A stretch of DNA of 64,000 bases, from the IMG/VR virus record IMGVR_UViG_3300025137_005045; one strand, written 5' to 3'. Positions 29,089 to 38,883 of this stretch are shown one piece after another. A program made the position numbers and the translations under genes. Source of the stretch: a virus (lineage: Duplodnaviria; Caudoviricetes). The number at the start of each line of letters is the position of its first letter. Position 1 is the first letter of the stretch. The notes under the pieces were generated by a model, which ran no database searches, was not told the origin of the DNA, and saw nothing but the letters and a program-made list of their open reading frames with translations.

Positions 29089-30348
29089 ATGGACATGTAT
29101 AATGTACTAGACACACTTAAGAAAATTGAAAATCCAACGGAAGATCAAAAAGCGGCAATTAAATCAGCTGAAGTAACAACTCCAGAAGCACCGGCTCCAC
29201 AAGGAGTTACTGAAGTTAGTACCACAGGTGACAATATCTATGCACAATATGGTAAAGATGCACATGATGATTTACTTAGACTTGCAGAAGTTCCTGTGAT
29301 AAATGTACAAAGTGATACGCCAGAAACACCTGCAAATGAATCTGTTGAAATCGAAGAAGGACAAAGTCCAGCACAGAAAGCGGCATTCCAAAAAATGTTA
29401 GATGCTAAAAAAGGTAAAGAAGAAGTAGAAGAAGAAGATGCTACACCAGATCAATATGAAAAAAACGAAGAAGTTAAAGAAGCTAAACCAGATTTCTTAG
29501 ATCTAGATAAAGATGGTGACAAAGAAGAGCCAATGAAAAAAGCGGCTAAAGACAAAGAAAAAATGAAGGAAGACGAAACCATCGAAGAAGAAACTATCGA
29601 AGAAGCATATGATCCAGAACATGTTAAAAGTGTAGTTGACAAGCATGAAAAAGAAGGTCATAAAGTTGAAATGGATCGTCCAGAAGATGGTGCACAAGGT
29701 TTTACAGTTACATTTAAAGATGGTTCACGTAGACATTACAAATATTCTAAAGCAAGCACAAAAGTTGATAGTTTAGAGCCAACAGACCCATTGGTAGATC
29801 CAAATGCTCCTAAACGTGAGCGTGGCCGTCCTAAGAAAGAAGGACTAGGTGAAGAACAAGCAGAACAAGCAGAACCAGCAGTGCTTGACACAGCTTTTGT
29901 AACAATGGAATCTGAAGAAACAGATCCGTTGACAGCAATGTTTGAAGAAAAATTAAACGAATCAGCAGAAACAGAAGAAGTTGCTGAAAGTTTACAAGTT
30001 GTACAAAATATTGATGATGATAATCAAGAAACAGTAAGTGTAAATGCACAAGGTGAACATACTGATATGCTTAAACAGTTATTAAACTTGTCAGGACAAC
30101 GTTCAGACGGTTATAAAGAGTATGAAGGTGAGGAAGAAGCTGTTGAGGAAGAAAGAGACATACAACATGCTAACACACCACATGAACAAGTAACTGACGT
30201 TGATACACAACTGAACAAAATGGCAGGGGGTTTAAATGGCCCTAAGGATAAGTCAGCGGCCAAATCAAACAGTAATGCGTTGTACAACGAATCAATCACT
30301 GATGAAAAAATGATGGAATTATATAAGGCCTATAAAGGTAGTGAATAA
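29089..30348 (+). CDS. Acidic scaffold/core-like protein
   Basis: 419 aa Glu/Lys-rich, many (I/L/V)xE sites, KPDFLDLDKDGD motif. Confidence 0.55.
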   Translation: MDMYNVLDTLKKIENPTEDQKAAIKSAEVTTPEAPAPQGVTEVSTTGDNIYAQYGKDAHDDLLRLAEVPVINVQSDTPETPANESVEIEEGQSPAQKAAFQKMLDAKKGKEEVEEEDATPDQYEKNEEVKEAKPDFLDLDKDGDKEEPMKKAAKDKEKMKEDETIEEETIEEAYDPEHVKSVVDKHEKEGHKVEMDRPEDGAQGFTVTFKDGSRRHYKYSKASTKVDSLEPTDPLVDPNAPKRERGRPKKEGLGEEQAEQAEPAVLDTAFVTMESEETDPLTAMFEEKLNESAETEEVAESLQVVQNIDDDNQETVSVNAQGEHTDMLKQLLNLSGQRSDGYKEYEGEEEAVEEERDIQHANTPHEQVTDVDTQLNKMAGGLNGPKDKSAAKSNSNALYNESITDEKMMELYKAYKGSE

Positions 30349-30854
30349 TGAAATCATTAGACGAATATCTTAAGGAAGCCGCCAGACGGCAAATAAATCC
30401 AGTAACCGGTGACCAAATTGATTTTATTATCAATCAAGACACTATCATTGAGACCGTAGTTCTCGAACACGATGAAGAAAGTGTTGTTCTAGATCTAGAT
30501 GAAGAATGTCAAACAATGTTAGAAGATTGTGGATGTGAATTTACAGGTGTGAAATTCTTTGATGTATTTGCTGAAGCAGAATACAAAGGTAAAAAAGTTA
30601 AATTAAACGATCCTATTAGAACATCAGAAAATCCTAAAAAGAAATTTAAAGTATACGTAAAAGATCCTAAAACAGGTAATGTAAAGATTATACGATTTGG
30701 CGATCCTAACTTATCAATCAAAAGAGACGACCCTAAAAGACGTAAAAGTTTTCGTGCTAGGCACGGATGTGATAAAGCTAAAGGTAAAGACAAATCTACA
30801 GCTAGATACTGGTCGTGCTATCAATGGCGTAAAGGTGCAAAGGTAAACAACTAA
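30348..30854 (+). CDS. Probable internal head protein: acidic N-half, basic C-domain
   Basis: MKSLDEYLKE|A; AEYKGKKVKLN..RRKSFRARH.C..RYWSC domain. Confidence 0.6.
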   Translation: MKSLDEYLKEAARRQINPVTGDQIDFIINQDTIIETVVLEHDEESVVLDLDEECQTMLEDCGCEFTGVKFFDVFAEAEYKGKKVKLNDPIRTSENPKKKFKVYVKDPKTGNVKIIRFGDPNLSIKRDDPKRRKSFRARHGCDKAKGKDKSTARYWSCYQWRKGAKVNN

Positions 30855-31219
30855 TGCGTGCTAAAGAGTTCTTAAAAGAATTTAAAAGGTGGAAAACAAA
30901 ACACGGAACAATCGACGACCGTCAAGCACAAGCAACACCGGGAGCTTACACCAACGATGCAGATAGATATTACGGATTATATCGTGCCAGTATGTTTATG
31001 GCAAGAGCACCAGGCAACAACGATGATATAGATATAGACTCTGTTGCGGCAACTGCATACATTGGTGCATACACTGATGTGGACAAACAAAAAATAGATG
31101 CGGCTCACAAAGCATTAGGTATAAAAACAAAAACACAAGCTAGAGGACCTAGCGAAGAAATGCCAGACACAAACACAAAATCACCAATAACTGCCGCCAA
31201 ATGGCAAAGGAAAAAATAA
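30854..31219 (+). CDS. Probable internal head protein
   Basis: MRAKEFLKE|F leader; TAATG coupling. Confidence 0.6.
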   Translation: MRAKEFLKEFKRWKTKHGTIDDRQAQATPGAYTNDADRYYGLYRASMFMARAPGNNDDIDIDSVAATAYIGAYTDVDKQKIDAAHKALGIKTKTQARGPSEEMPDTNTKSPITAAKWQRKK

Positions 31220-31220
31220 A

Positions 31221-31331
31221 ATGACTTGTAAAAACTGTAGTTGTAAATGTTCGGATTGTAAATGTTCAGATTGTTACTGCGATAAATGTGGCACCAACGC
31301 ACCAGTAACCATAACAGAATCAAGAGATTAG
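31221..31331 (+). CDS. 36-aa Cys-rich metallothionein-like peptide (not in ORF track)
   Basis: MTCKNCSCKCSDCKCSDCYCDKCGTNAPVTITESRD*; fills the gap exactly (1 nt after previous stop, 1 nt before next ATG). Confidence 0.75.
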   Translation: MTCKNCSCKCSDCKCSDCYCDKCGTNAPVTITESRD

Positions 31332-31332
31332 C

Positions 31333-31788
31333 ATGTATGAATATGCAGTAACGATTAGAAGAGTAGTTGACGGTGATACCGTTGATGTAGATATTGATTT
31401 AGGATTTGGTGTAGTATTAATTAAAGAACGTGTTCGTATTATGGGCATTGATACTCCTGAAAGTCGTACAAGAGATAAAGTAGAAAAAGTATTTGGATTA
31501 GCCGCAAAGGATAAACTTAAATCACTACTAGGTAAAACATCAGTTTTGAAATGTCAAAAGTACGATGCTAAAGGTAAGTTTGGTCGTATATTAGGTGACT
31601 TTATAACCAATGATAATAGAATGGTAACAGATGTAATGATTGAATCAGGACATTGCGTAGCATACTTTGGCGGATCAAAACAAGAAGTTGAAGCAAAACA
31701 TTTGGTTAATAGAGAAAAACTTCTACGTGAAGGTGCTATAAATATGACAGCATACGATAAAGCTGTTAAACTAATGGAAGGCAAATAA
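31333..31788 (+). CDS. Staphylococcal nuclease (thermonuclease) homolog
   Basis: VVDGDTV, RVRIMGIDTPE, KFGRIL. Confidence 0.85.
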   Translation: MYEYAVTIRRVVDGDTVDVDIDLGFGVVLIKERVRIMGIDTPESRTRDKVEKVFGLAAKDKLKSLLGKTSVLKCQKYDAKGKFGRILGDFITNDNRMVTDVMIESGHCVAYFGGSKQEVEAKHLVNREKLLREGAINMTAYDKAVKLMEGK

Positions 31789-32345
31789 TGAAAATCCTAG
31801 AAATTCAGGAAGGCAAATACAGAGAGAATGATGTTGAGGAATTTGTGCCTAACGATGAGCAACTTGACAAAGTTAAAAACAAATATCTCCCAGACTGGGA
31901 AATGTTAGATCATAGAGAACTTACTACAATGTATGTCTGCCAGGATCATAGACAAGCAGAGGAAATGATAGGCTTTATCAATGACCTATCTGAAAAGATG
32001 GATCACTTCGCAGAAGTAACACAAGACGTTACAGAAGTTAAAGTAAAGACATCTACGTTTGACGTTAAGGGCCTTACAGTGCTGGATTTTCAACTTGCTA
32101 TGTCAATAGACGTTTGGGCAGAACAAAAAGACATTAAACAGACATCTACTGCAGGTAACTTTGGAATGCACGAAGATCAAGGTTTAACAGAAGCACAGTT
32201 TGATGAAGCGGCAGGAGAAAAGGATGCTTGCTATCATAAAGTAAAATCAAGATACAAAGTATGGCCTAGTGCATATGCTTCAGGTGCTTTAGTTAAGTGC
32301 CGTAAAGTAGGTGCTAAGAATTGGGGCAACAAGAGTAAAAAATAA
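31788..32345 (+). CDS. Pterin-4a-carbinolamine dehydratase-like domain fused to a small basic domain
   Basis: LPDWE..SEKMDHFAEV..STFDVKGLT.LDF.LA..ID; C-terminal DACYHKVKSRYKVWPSAYASGALVKCRK. Confidence 0.65.
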   Translation: MKILEIQEGKYRENDVEEFVPNDEQLDKVKNKYLPDWEMLDHRELTTMYVCQDHRQAEEMIGFINDLSEKMDHFAEVTQDVTEVKVKTSTFDVKGLTVLDFQLAMSIDVWAEQKDIKQTSTAGNFGMHEDQGLTEAQFDEAAGEKDACYHKVKSRYKVWPSAYASGALVKCRKVGAKNWGNKSKK

Positions 32346-32827
32346 TGCGTGCCAGTGACTTTATTACAGAACTAAATTGTCAGTATGGTGAATACTACTG
32401 TTCTCATGATAAGAAAATGAAGTGTCGTAAAACACCTAAAAAATCAAGAACCGACGAAAAATGTTGGGACGGCTATAAAAAGAAAGGCATGAAGACTATG
32501 TTTGGCAAGCGTGTTCCAAACTGTGTTAAGAAAGAAGATAAGACAAACGAAGATCTTAAAGACTGGTTTGGCAAAGGTAAGAAAGGCGGAGCTGGTGGTG
32601 GCGGTTGGGACCGTTACAATAGTAAAGGTGAGCGTATAGGTAAGTGTGGAGATGCCAAGAAAGGCGAAGGCAAACCTAAATGTTTATCAAAATCTAAGGC
32701 GGCAAGCCTAAGAGCCAAGGGTGGTAAGAAAGCAATAGCACAAGCAGTTAACAGAAAACGCAGAAACGATCCAAACAAAGATAGAAAAGGTTCTGCCAAG
32801 AACGTCACAAACAAATACAAAAAATAA
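32345..32827 (+). CDS. Basic probable internal head protein (multi-module)
   Basis: MRASDFITE|L; CWDGY..VPNCVK and EDLKDWF..KCG..PKCL modules. Confidence 0.6.
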   Translation: MRASDFITELNCQYGEYYCSHDKKMKCRKTPKKSRTDEKCWDGYKKKGMKTMFGKRVPNCVKKEDKTNEDLKDWFGKGKKGGAGGGGWDRYNSKGERIGKCGDAKKGEGKPKCLSKSKAASLRAKGGKKAIAQAVNRKRRNDPNKDRKGSAKNVTNKYKK

Positions 32828-32855
32828 ATTTTAGTATTGCCTGATAAATACTATT

Positions 32856-33110
32856 ATGGCACTTACACTATCATCATCAAACCCAGATCAATCAGCGTTG
32901 AATAGACCGACTGATCAATACGATCCTAACGGTATTGCACATGCAACCAATACAACTACACCTGCTGACACTAAAGCAGACCGTGCTACAGCTAAATTAG
33001 CATACGCTCTATTTGTTCAAGATGTTAAAATTGCAGTGGCTGTAGGAGACAGTGCAGGACCATCTGAGTTTCCAGTTGCTGGATCAAATATAGGCTATGC
33101 GGACGATTAG
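32856..33110 (+). CDS. Hypothetical late protein
   Basis: 84 aa ORF, late core 32845-32850. Confidence 0.6.
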   Translation: MALTLSSSNPDQSALNRPTDQYDPNGIAHATNTTTPADTKADRATAKLAYALFVQDVKIAVAVGDSAGPSEFPVAGSNIGYADD

Positions 33111-33728
33111 ATGTTTAGGCATATTGATGTTCCGTTAATACGTAATCCTAAATGTACTCAAACCGTAGATAATCTTACAGCTAATGAGTTCCGTTATTAC
33201 GATAAAGATGGCTTTGAGCTATGTCAAGCAGAACAACGTTACTACGAAGCGGAAAACCACCCTATAGAGCAACCTATACTTAATCACAGACTGTGGCAAG
33301 AAGAATGGATGACCATTGATCATCCTAGGCTACATCTTGATCATGCCATGATATTACATCGAGCTGATTATCAAGAGTTTGCCCAAGAACAATTAATCAA
33401 AATAAAACAAACTATTCCACAAGCAGACTTATTGTTGCGTACAAAACAGCAATGGGGATTTGACTTTGATCTAGATTATATTTTAGATAGTGGTGAGATA
33501 TTTGAAGTGTTACACATTGAATGTGACTACAATAACTTCACTGAATTTGAAGAAAGATTATATACATTTGAAGATAGTATAGAACGAATAGATTTTGAGG
33601 AAGCCGCAAAATCATTATGGCGTGACAAAGATAAATGGCAACATCTAAAAGCATTCACACAAAACGACTGGAAAGCCGATTATCTCCTAGGTTGGGAAAA
33701 ATCAGAGTACACAGAAAAAGCTCTATAA
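33111..33728 (+). CDS. Hypothetical protein
   Basis: 205 aa ORF abutting the upstream stop. Confidence 0.7.
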   Translation: MFRHIDVPLIRNPKCTQTVDNLTANEFRYYDKDGFELCQAEQRYYEAENHPIEQPILNHRLWQEEWMTIDHPRLHLDHAMILHRADYQEFAQEQLIKIKQTIPQADLLLRTKQQWGFDFDLDYILDSGEIFEVLHIECDYNNFTEFEERLYTFEDSIERIDFEEAAKSLWRDKDKWQHLKAFTQNDWKADYLLGWEKSEYTEKAL

Positions 33729-33762
33729 GTAAGTACAACGATTAATCACTAGGAAATACCCA

Positions 33763-34410
33763 ATGTTTGACGCAACAAAATTAAAATTATATTACGACTA
33801 CAGTCTGAATACTGTCAAAGATGAAGGAGAAGATCCAGTCTTTAATGCGGTCACAGGACAAGTGGTTGATAACTTTATAGCTCCGTTAAACTTAAAAAAA
33901 GACATAGAAATATTAGATATTGGATCTGGTGTTGGATACTTTAGTGATCATATGAAAGACTTAGGATATACTAATATCACAAGTACTACATTTACCGATG
34001 GTGACGCAAAAGCATTAGAATCCAAAGGTTATAAGTATATCAAAACTGATATTAACTTTATTAAACAGCCGGATAGTTTTTATGATTTTATTTTTTGTCG
34101 ACATGCACTAGAACACAGTCCTTTTCCTTATTTCGCTCTATTAGAATATAATAGACTACTTAAAAAAGGCGGACAAATATATGTAGAAATGCCAGAACCT
34201 AAGGGTCCTAGAGGAGCAGATACTTTTCCGCAACACTACAGTGTATTAGGGGCAGTTGCTCTACAGAGCTTGATATCAAGAGCTGGATTTAAAATAGAAT
34301 GGTATCGTAATGCACAAATTCCTATTACTAACAAAGAGACAAAGAAAACTCAACAGGAAACATATAACTGTATATTAGCAAATAAAATAGGTAACATCGA
34401 AGTTAAATAA
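33763..34410 (+). CDS. Class I SAM-dependent methyltransferase
   Basis: ILDIGSGVG, YDFIFCRHALEH, LLKKGG. Confidence 0.85.
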   Translation: MFDATKLKLYYDYSLNTVKDEGEDPVFNAVTGQVVDNFIAPLNLKKDIEILDIGSGVGYFSDHMKDLGYTNITSTTFTDGDAKALESKGYKYIKTDINFIKQPDSFYDFIFCRHALEHSPFPYFALLEYNRLLKKGGQIYVEMPEPKGPRGADTFPQHYSVLGAVALQSLISRAGFKIEWYRNAQIPITNKETKKTQQETYNCILANKIGNIEVK

Positions 34411-34414
34411 TAGT

Positions 34415-34618
34415 ATGGATATTAATGATTTAAAAAAATTAGCAGGAGTTACTGATCAACATGGTAATTCAATGGGAGAAAACATAAGCCGAGTAGCCTC
34501 CGAAAAATCTGCATATCAGAGAAAACATAAAATACGACCAGGTACTGAAGAATGGTTTAAGTTATGGTTTGCACAACCTCGTTTAACAGGTGAGAACCCA
34601 ATGCCTAAAAAGAAATAA
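34415..34618 (+). CDS. Small hypothetical late protein
   Basis: 67 aa, LKKLAG motif resembling head-protein motifs; late core 34404-34409. Confidence 0.6.
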   Translation: MDINDLKKLAGVTDQHGNSMGENISRVASEKSAYQRKHKIRPGTEEWFKLWFAQPRLTGENPMPKKK

Positions 34619-35406
34619 TGAAAACGCTGTACAACGAAAAACCTAAAAGATTATTTACATTTGGGTGCAGTTTTACTAAATTTTGGCAGTGGGGAACTTG
34701 GGCAAATATATTAGCATATGATTTAGATATTCCTTTTTATAATTTAGGAAGAGGTGGAGCAGGAAATTCTTACATTGCTAATAGAATTTCTCAAACAGAT
34801 AATGTTTACAAATTTACTAAAGATGATCTGGTATTAGTGTGTTGGTCAACTTATGCAAGAGAAGATAGATGGACGGAACAAGGGTGGACAGGTGATGGTA
34901 ACATATATAATGATGATACATACCCTAAGGAGTTTGTAATGAATTTCTGTTCAGACGAACATTTTCTATTAAAAGATATGTCATTGATTAATCTCATTGA
35001 TGGTTACTTAGAAAATAAAACAAATCATCACATGTTTAGTATTGATAGACTGATACCATTTGGATTAGAAAATTTTATGAAAAAACAGCAAAAGATTTTT
35101 CTTAAGGTTAAAACAAGTTATGCAGATGCAATATATGGTGGTAATTTAATAAATGCCAATACACCCAATGACAAAGATCTTATATCAGCACAGGTAGATA
35201 ATCATCCTACATTATTACAGCATTTAACTTATCTGCAACACATATTTGATAATCCTGTAAGCGAACAAACACAAGAGCATGTTAAAAAAATATATCTTGA
35301 TTGGAAAGAACAAACACTGAATGGTTATAATCCAACTTACGAACGTGATGTGCCTGAGCAATTTTATATTAAACAATCAACTAAGTTGTCAGAGGAAATT
35401 GTATAA
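34618..35406 (+). CDS. SGNH/GDSL-hydrolase-like protein
   Basis: FTFGCSFT (block I), NLGRGGAGN (block II), DNHP near the C-terminus. Confidence 0.55.
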   Translation: MKTLYNEKPKRLFTFGCSFTKFWQWGTWANILAYDLDIPFYNLGRGGAGNSYIANRISQTDNVYKFTKDDLVLVCWSTYAREDRWTEQGWTGDGNIYNDDTYPKEFVMNFCSDEHFLLKDMSLINLIDGYLENKTNHHMFSIDRLIPFGLENFMKKQQKIFLKVKTSYADAIYGGNLINANTPNDKDLISAQVDNHPTLLQHLTYLQHIFDNPVSEQTQEHVKKIYLDWKEQTLNGYNPTYERDVPEQFYIKQSTKLSEEIV

Positions 35407-36974
35407 TGGCTAGCAAATCACTAGACGGCGTTCTTATTAAGAAAGCCCATAAAAAGTCCACATACACTCAAAAACAAGTAAATGAATTTGCACAATGTGC
35501 AGACCCTACCAACGGGGCCAAATACTTTATGCAAAATTTCTTTCACATACAGCATCCTACACGAGGAGGTATCAAATACGAACCATTTGAATATCAAAGT
35601 CGTTTGATAGATGTATATCATAACTATCGTTATTCAATATCAATGATGCCTAGACAAACAGGTAAGTCGACATCAGCCGCAGGATACTTGTTATGGTATG
35701 CCATGTTTGTACCAGATGCAACAATACTAGTCGCCGCACACAAATATGCAGGTGCACAAGAAATCATGCAACGTGTTAGATATGCCTACGAAGCATGCCC
35801 GGATCATATCAGAGCAGGTGCTGTTAGTTATAATAAAGGTAGTATAGAATTTGATAATGGCAGTCGTATAGTGGCACAAACAACAACTGAAAATACTGGT
35901 CGAGGTATGAGTATATCAATGCTGTACTGTGATGAGTTTGCTTTTGTCAGACCTACCATTGCTCGTGAATTTTGGACTTCAATATCTCCTACTCTGGCAA
36001 CTGGCGGTAAAGCAATTATTACATCAACACCTAACTCAGATGAAGATCAATTTGCATTACTATGGAAAGGCGCCAACAAAACAGAGGATACGCACGGTAA
36101 CGAAACAAAACTAGGAGTCAACGGATTTAAACCATTTCGTTCATATTGGAAAGAACACCCCGATAGAGATGATGAATGGGCAGATGAAGAACGTGCTAAA
36201 CTAGGTGAAGAACGTTTTAGACGTGAGATGGATTGTGAATTCATCATCAATGATGAAACACTGATTGCTCCAATACATCTAATGTCATTGGAAGGTGAAG
36301 AACCCTCAGAAAAAACTGGACAAGTACGCTGGTTTGGAACAATACAACCTGATCATTTATATGTGGTAAGTTGGGATCCAAGTTTGGGAACAGGTGGCGA
36401 TTATGCGGCCATGCAAGTATTTGACGCAACAACATTTACACAGGTAGCAGAATGGAAACATAATAAAACAACAATACCTGAACAGGTTAGAATATTTGCT
36501 GACATGATTAAGGTATTAGAAAGTCGTGTAGGTGAACAAAATAATATCTATTACTCAGTGGAAAACAATACCATAGGAGAAGCCGCTTTAATATCTATAG
36601 CAGACTATGGAGAAGATAACATTAAAGGTGTGTTTCTAAGCGAAGATAAAAAAGCTGGTGCAGGCAGACGTTATCGTAAAGGATTTAATACAACAAATAA
36701 AAGCAAATTATCAGCATGTAGTAAATTTAAAACCCTATTGGAGCAAGGTAGATTAAAAGTTAAATCTAGACCTTTAATTAGTGAACTTAAAAACTTTGTA
36801 GCACATGGTACTAGCTATGCGGCCAAACCTGGAGAGCATGACGATCTGGTTATGGCAACAGTGTTAGCAGTCAGGATGTTACAACAGATACAGAATTATC
36901 ATAAGAGTATCGGAGAGTCAATGACAGATCATAGCGATAGCAAAATTGACCCGATGCCGTTTATAATGTTTTAA
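35406..36974 (+). CDS. gp17: Terminase large subunit
   Basis: PRQTGKS Walker A, DEFAF Walker B, STPN, WDPSLGTGGDY, HDDLVMA. Confidence 0.95.
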   Translation: MASKSLDGVLIKKAHKKSTYTQKQVNEFAQCADPTNGAKYFMQNFFHIQHPTRGGIKYEPFEYQSRLIDVYHNYRYSISMMPRQTGKSTSAAGYLLWYAMFVPDATILVAAHKYAGAQEIMQRVRYAYEACPDHIRAGAVSYNKGSIEFDNGSRIVAQTTTENTGRGMSISMLYCDEFAFVRPTIAREFWTSISPTLATGGKAIITSTPNSDEDQFALLWKGANKTEDTHGNETKLGVNGFKPFRSYWKEHPDRDDEWADEERAKLGEERFRREMDCEFIINDETLIAPIHLMSLEGEEPSEKTGQVRWFGTIQPDHLYVVSWDPSLGTGGDYAAMQVFDATTFTQVAEWKHNKTTIPEQVRIFADMIKVLESRVGEQNNIYYSVENNTIGEAALISIADYGEDNIKGVFLSEDKKAGAGRRYRKGFNTTNKSKLSACSKFKTLLEQGRLKVKSRPLISELKNFVAHGTSYAAKPGEHDDLVMATVLAVRMLQQIQNYHKSIGESMTDHSDSKIDPMPFIMF

Positions 36975-36987
36975 GATAAATACTGAC

Positions 36988-38697
36988 ATGATATCCACAG
37001 AAAACATTAATCAAAATTTATTTGATCTTTTAACTACTAAGAACTTTGAACTAGTAACCAGAGACAATAAAGGAAAAGAAACTGCTGAACCTAAAAAAGC
37101 AGAATTGTTTAGCTTTGACTATACTGCTGATGATAATAACTATGGTACTGTTGTAGTTACTATTACCGGTGATGGTAACCTAGAAGTATTTTACGGTGAC
37201 ACACTTGGTAAAGGAATGGACCTAGATCATAAAGCAGAATGGTACGACTTTCTTTATCAACTAAGACATTTTGCTAGACGTAACATGTTAGGATTTGATT
37301 TAAAAAATATGAATAAACTAAAATATGCAATGCAGTCAAGAAGCCAGGTAGAAGAATCTAAATACTACGGTTACAAGAATACAAGTTATACCAAACCTAC
37401 TAAAGAAGCAAAACTTAAAATAGTACACTCAAAACCAATTGATGAAGAGGCAGGAGATCAACGTTATAGAAATATAAAAGCTCTATATGTTGAAAATTCA
37501 GATGGTGAACGTTTTAAACTACCTTTCACTAAATTGTTTGCTGGTCGTGCAATGGCAAGACACGTAAGCGAAGGTGGGTCACCACATGATCACTTTGGCC
37601 AATATATTTGTGAATTAGTATCAGATATAGGAGTGCTAGCTAATTTTGTGAGAGCAAGTAGAGGTAAAGAATTTACAGATGCAGGTACAAGCGTTATGGC
37701 AGAGGCCGGTGTTAGACACTATGCTGATCTTAAAAAGAAAGTAAAAAGAATGATAGGTCGTAGAGGATACAAAGAACAGTTTAACGCATTTGACCCAGAA
37801 CAAACACAGGAGCATGTTGAAATCACAGATCAAATACGTGACATGTTTACAGAAACATTACTAGATACCAGAATTGAACAAGCTATTCCGGTACTAAACA
37901 AACTCGAATCAAGGAACTCAGTTATGAAAGAAATTAGCGAATTTAACAATTGGGCAGAGGATATTACTGCACTTGAAGGTTTTGATCCTGATGAATTTGA
38001 CGGTGAAATTAAAATACCAGCAGTAAACCAATTAAGAGGAGAAAGACCAACAACAATTAAATATACTGCTGAAGTAGATAAAGAACAAAACACAGTGCGT
38101 GTAACTAAATGCTCAGACGAAAAGTATAGAGATGAATGCCAAGCAGATGCTGAAGCAGAGTGGGACGCAAGAGATGTTGATATACCAATGGAAGACGCTG
38201 ATCTAGAAGAAGGCAAAATGAAAGACTTACACTATGACTTACAACATTCCTCAGACGAAGAATTTGAAAAGAAATATAAAATGAAAAAATCAGATTGGGA
38301 AGAAGTTAAAACACCAGGACTAGCAATGGATCCAAATAAACCAGCATACATTAGTAAAATGAAAATGGAAGACGAACCAACAGAGGATAAGGACATGGAA
38401 GTATATGAAGGGCCTACAAGAAAAGACTTTCAAATGGTAGCAGACTTGCTTAAAGCAAATCCAGATCAAGATAAGAGAAAAGAATTAGCTAATCATCATG
38501 CTGATATGTTTGCTAAACAAAACCCACGCTTTGATAAAAAAAGATTTCTTAAAGCGGCTGGTATTGATGAAGGCAATGAATTTACTAAAAAATTAGCACA
38601 AGCAAAAGCCTCAGGCGAAGCAGAGTTTGAAGTAAATGGTAAAAAATATGAAGTACGAGAAGATGAATTAAAAGCAATACTTAGGTTGGCTAGATAG
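36988..38697 (+). CDS. Hypothetical multi-module protein, probably head-associated
   Basis: 569 aa; acidic linkers with xxE|G/S sites; late core 36977-36982. Confidence 0.6.
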   Translation: MISTENINQNLFDLLTTKNFELVTRDNKGKETAEPKKAELFSFDYTADDNNYGTVVVTITGDGNLEVFYGDTLGKGMDLDHKAEWYDFLYQLRHFARRNMLGFDLKNMNKLKYAMQSRSQVEESKYYGYKNTSYTKPTKEAKLKIVHSKPIDEEAGDQRYRNIKALYVENSDGERFKLPFTKLFAGRAMARHVSEGGSPHDHFGQYICELVSDIGVLANFVRASRGKEFTDAGTSVMAEAGVRHYADLKKKVKRMIGRRGYKEQFNAFDPEQTQEHVEITDQIRDMFTETLLDTRIEQAIPVLNKLESRNSVMKEISEFNNWAEDITALEGFDPDEFDGEIKIPAVNQLRGERPTTIKYTAEVDKEQNTVRVTKCSDEKYRDECQADAEAEWDARDVDIPMEDADLEEGKMKDLHYDLQHSSDEEFEKKYKMKKSDWEEVKTPGLAMDPNKPAYISKMKMEDEPTEDKDMEVYEGPTRKDFQMVADLLKANPDQDKRKELANHHADMFAKQNPRFDKKRFLKAAGIDEGNEFTKKLAQAKASGEAEFEVNGKKYEVREDELKAILRLAR

Positions 38698-38721
38698 TTC
38701 CTTAAAAAAGAACTGTAAGGG

Positions 38722-38756
38722 AAGAGTATACTATAGATAAGTTATACTCTTTTTTT
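38722..38756 (+). terminator. Intrinsic terminator
   Basis: AAGAGTATA...TATACTCTT stem plus T-run. Confidence 0.7.
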
Positions 38757-38787
38757 ACGACTTTGGTAAAATATACTAATATAACTA

Positions 38788-38816
38788 TTGCAAAGCTAAA
38801 TAAAGTATCATATAAT
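38788..38816 (+). promoter_or_regulatory. Sigma70-type promoter with embedded late core, upstream of gp32
   Basis: TTGCAA-17-TATAAT; TAAATA at 38797-38802 inside the spacer. Confidence 0.65.
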
Positions 38817-38883
38817 ATAACTGTTGTATGATTTATACACATTAAAAACTAAACATTATGGCACATTTAAGGAGAAACACATT

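Noticed and set aside
397-32345. A pterin pathway linking MptE-like (DUF115) and PCD-like genes
   Set aside because: PCD active-site His residues are replaced, no other pterin genes are present, and the DUF115 context is tail fibres
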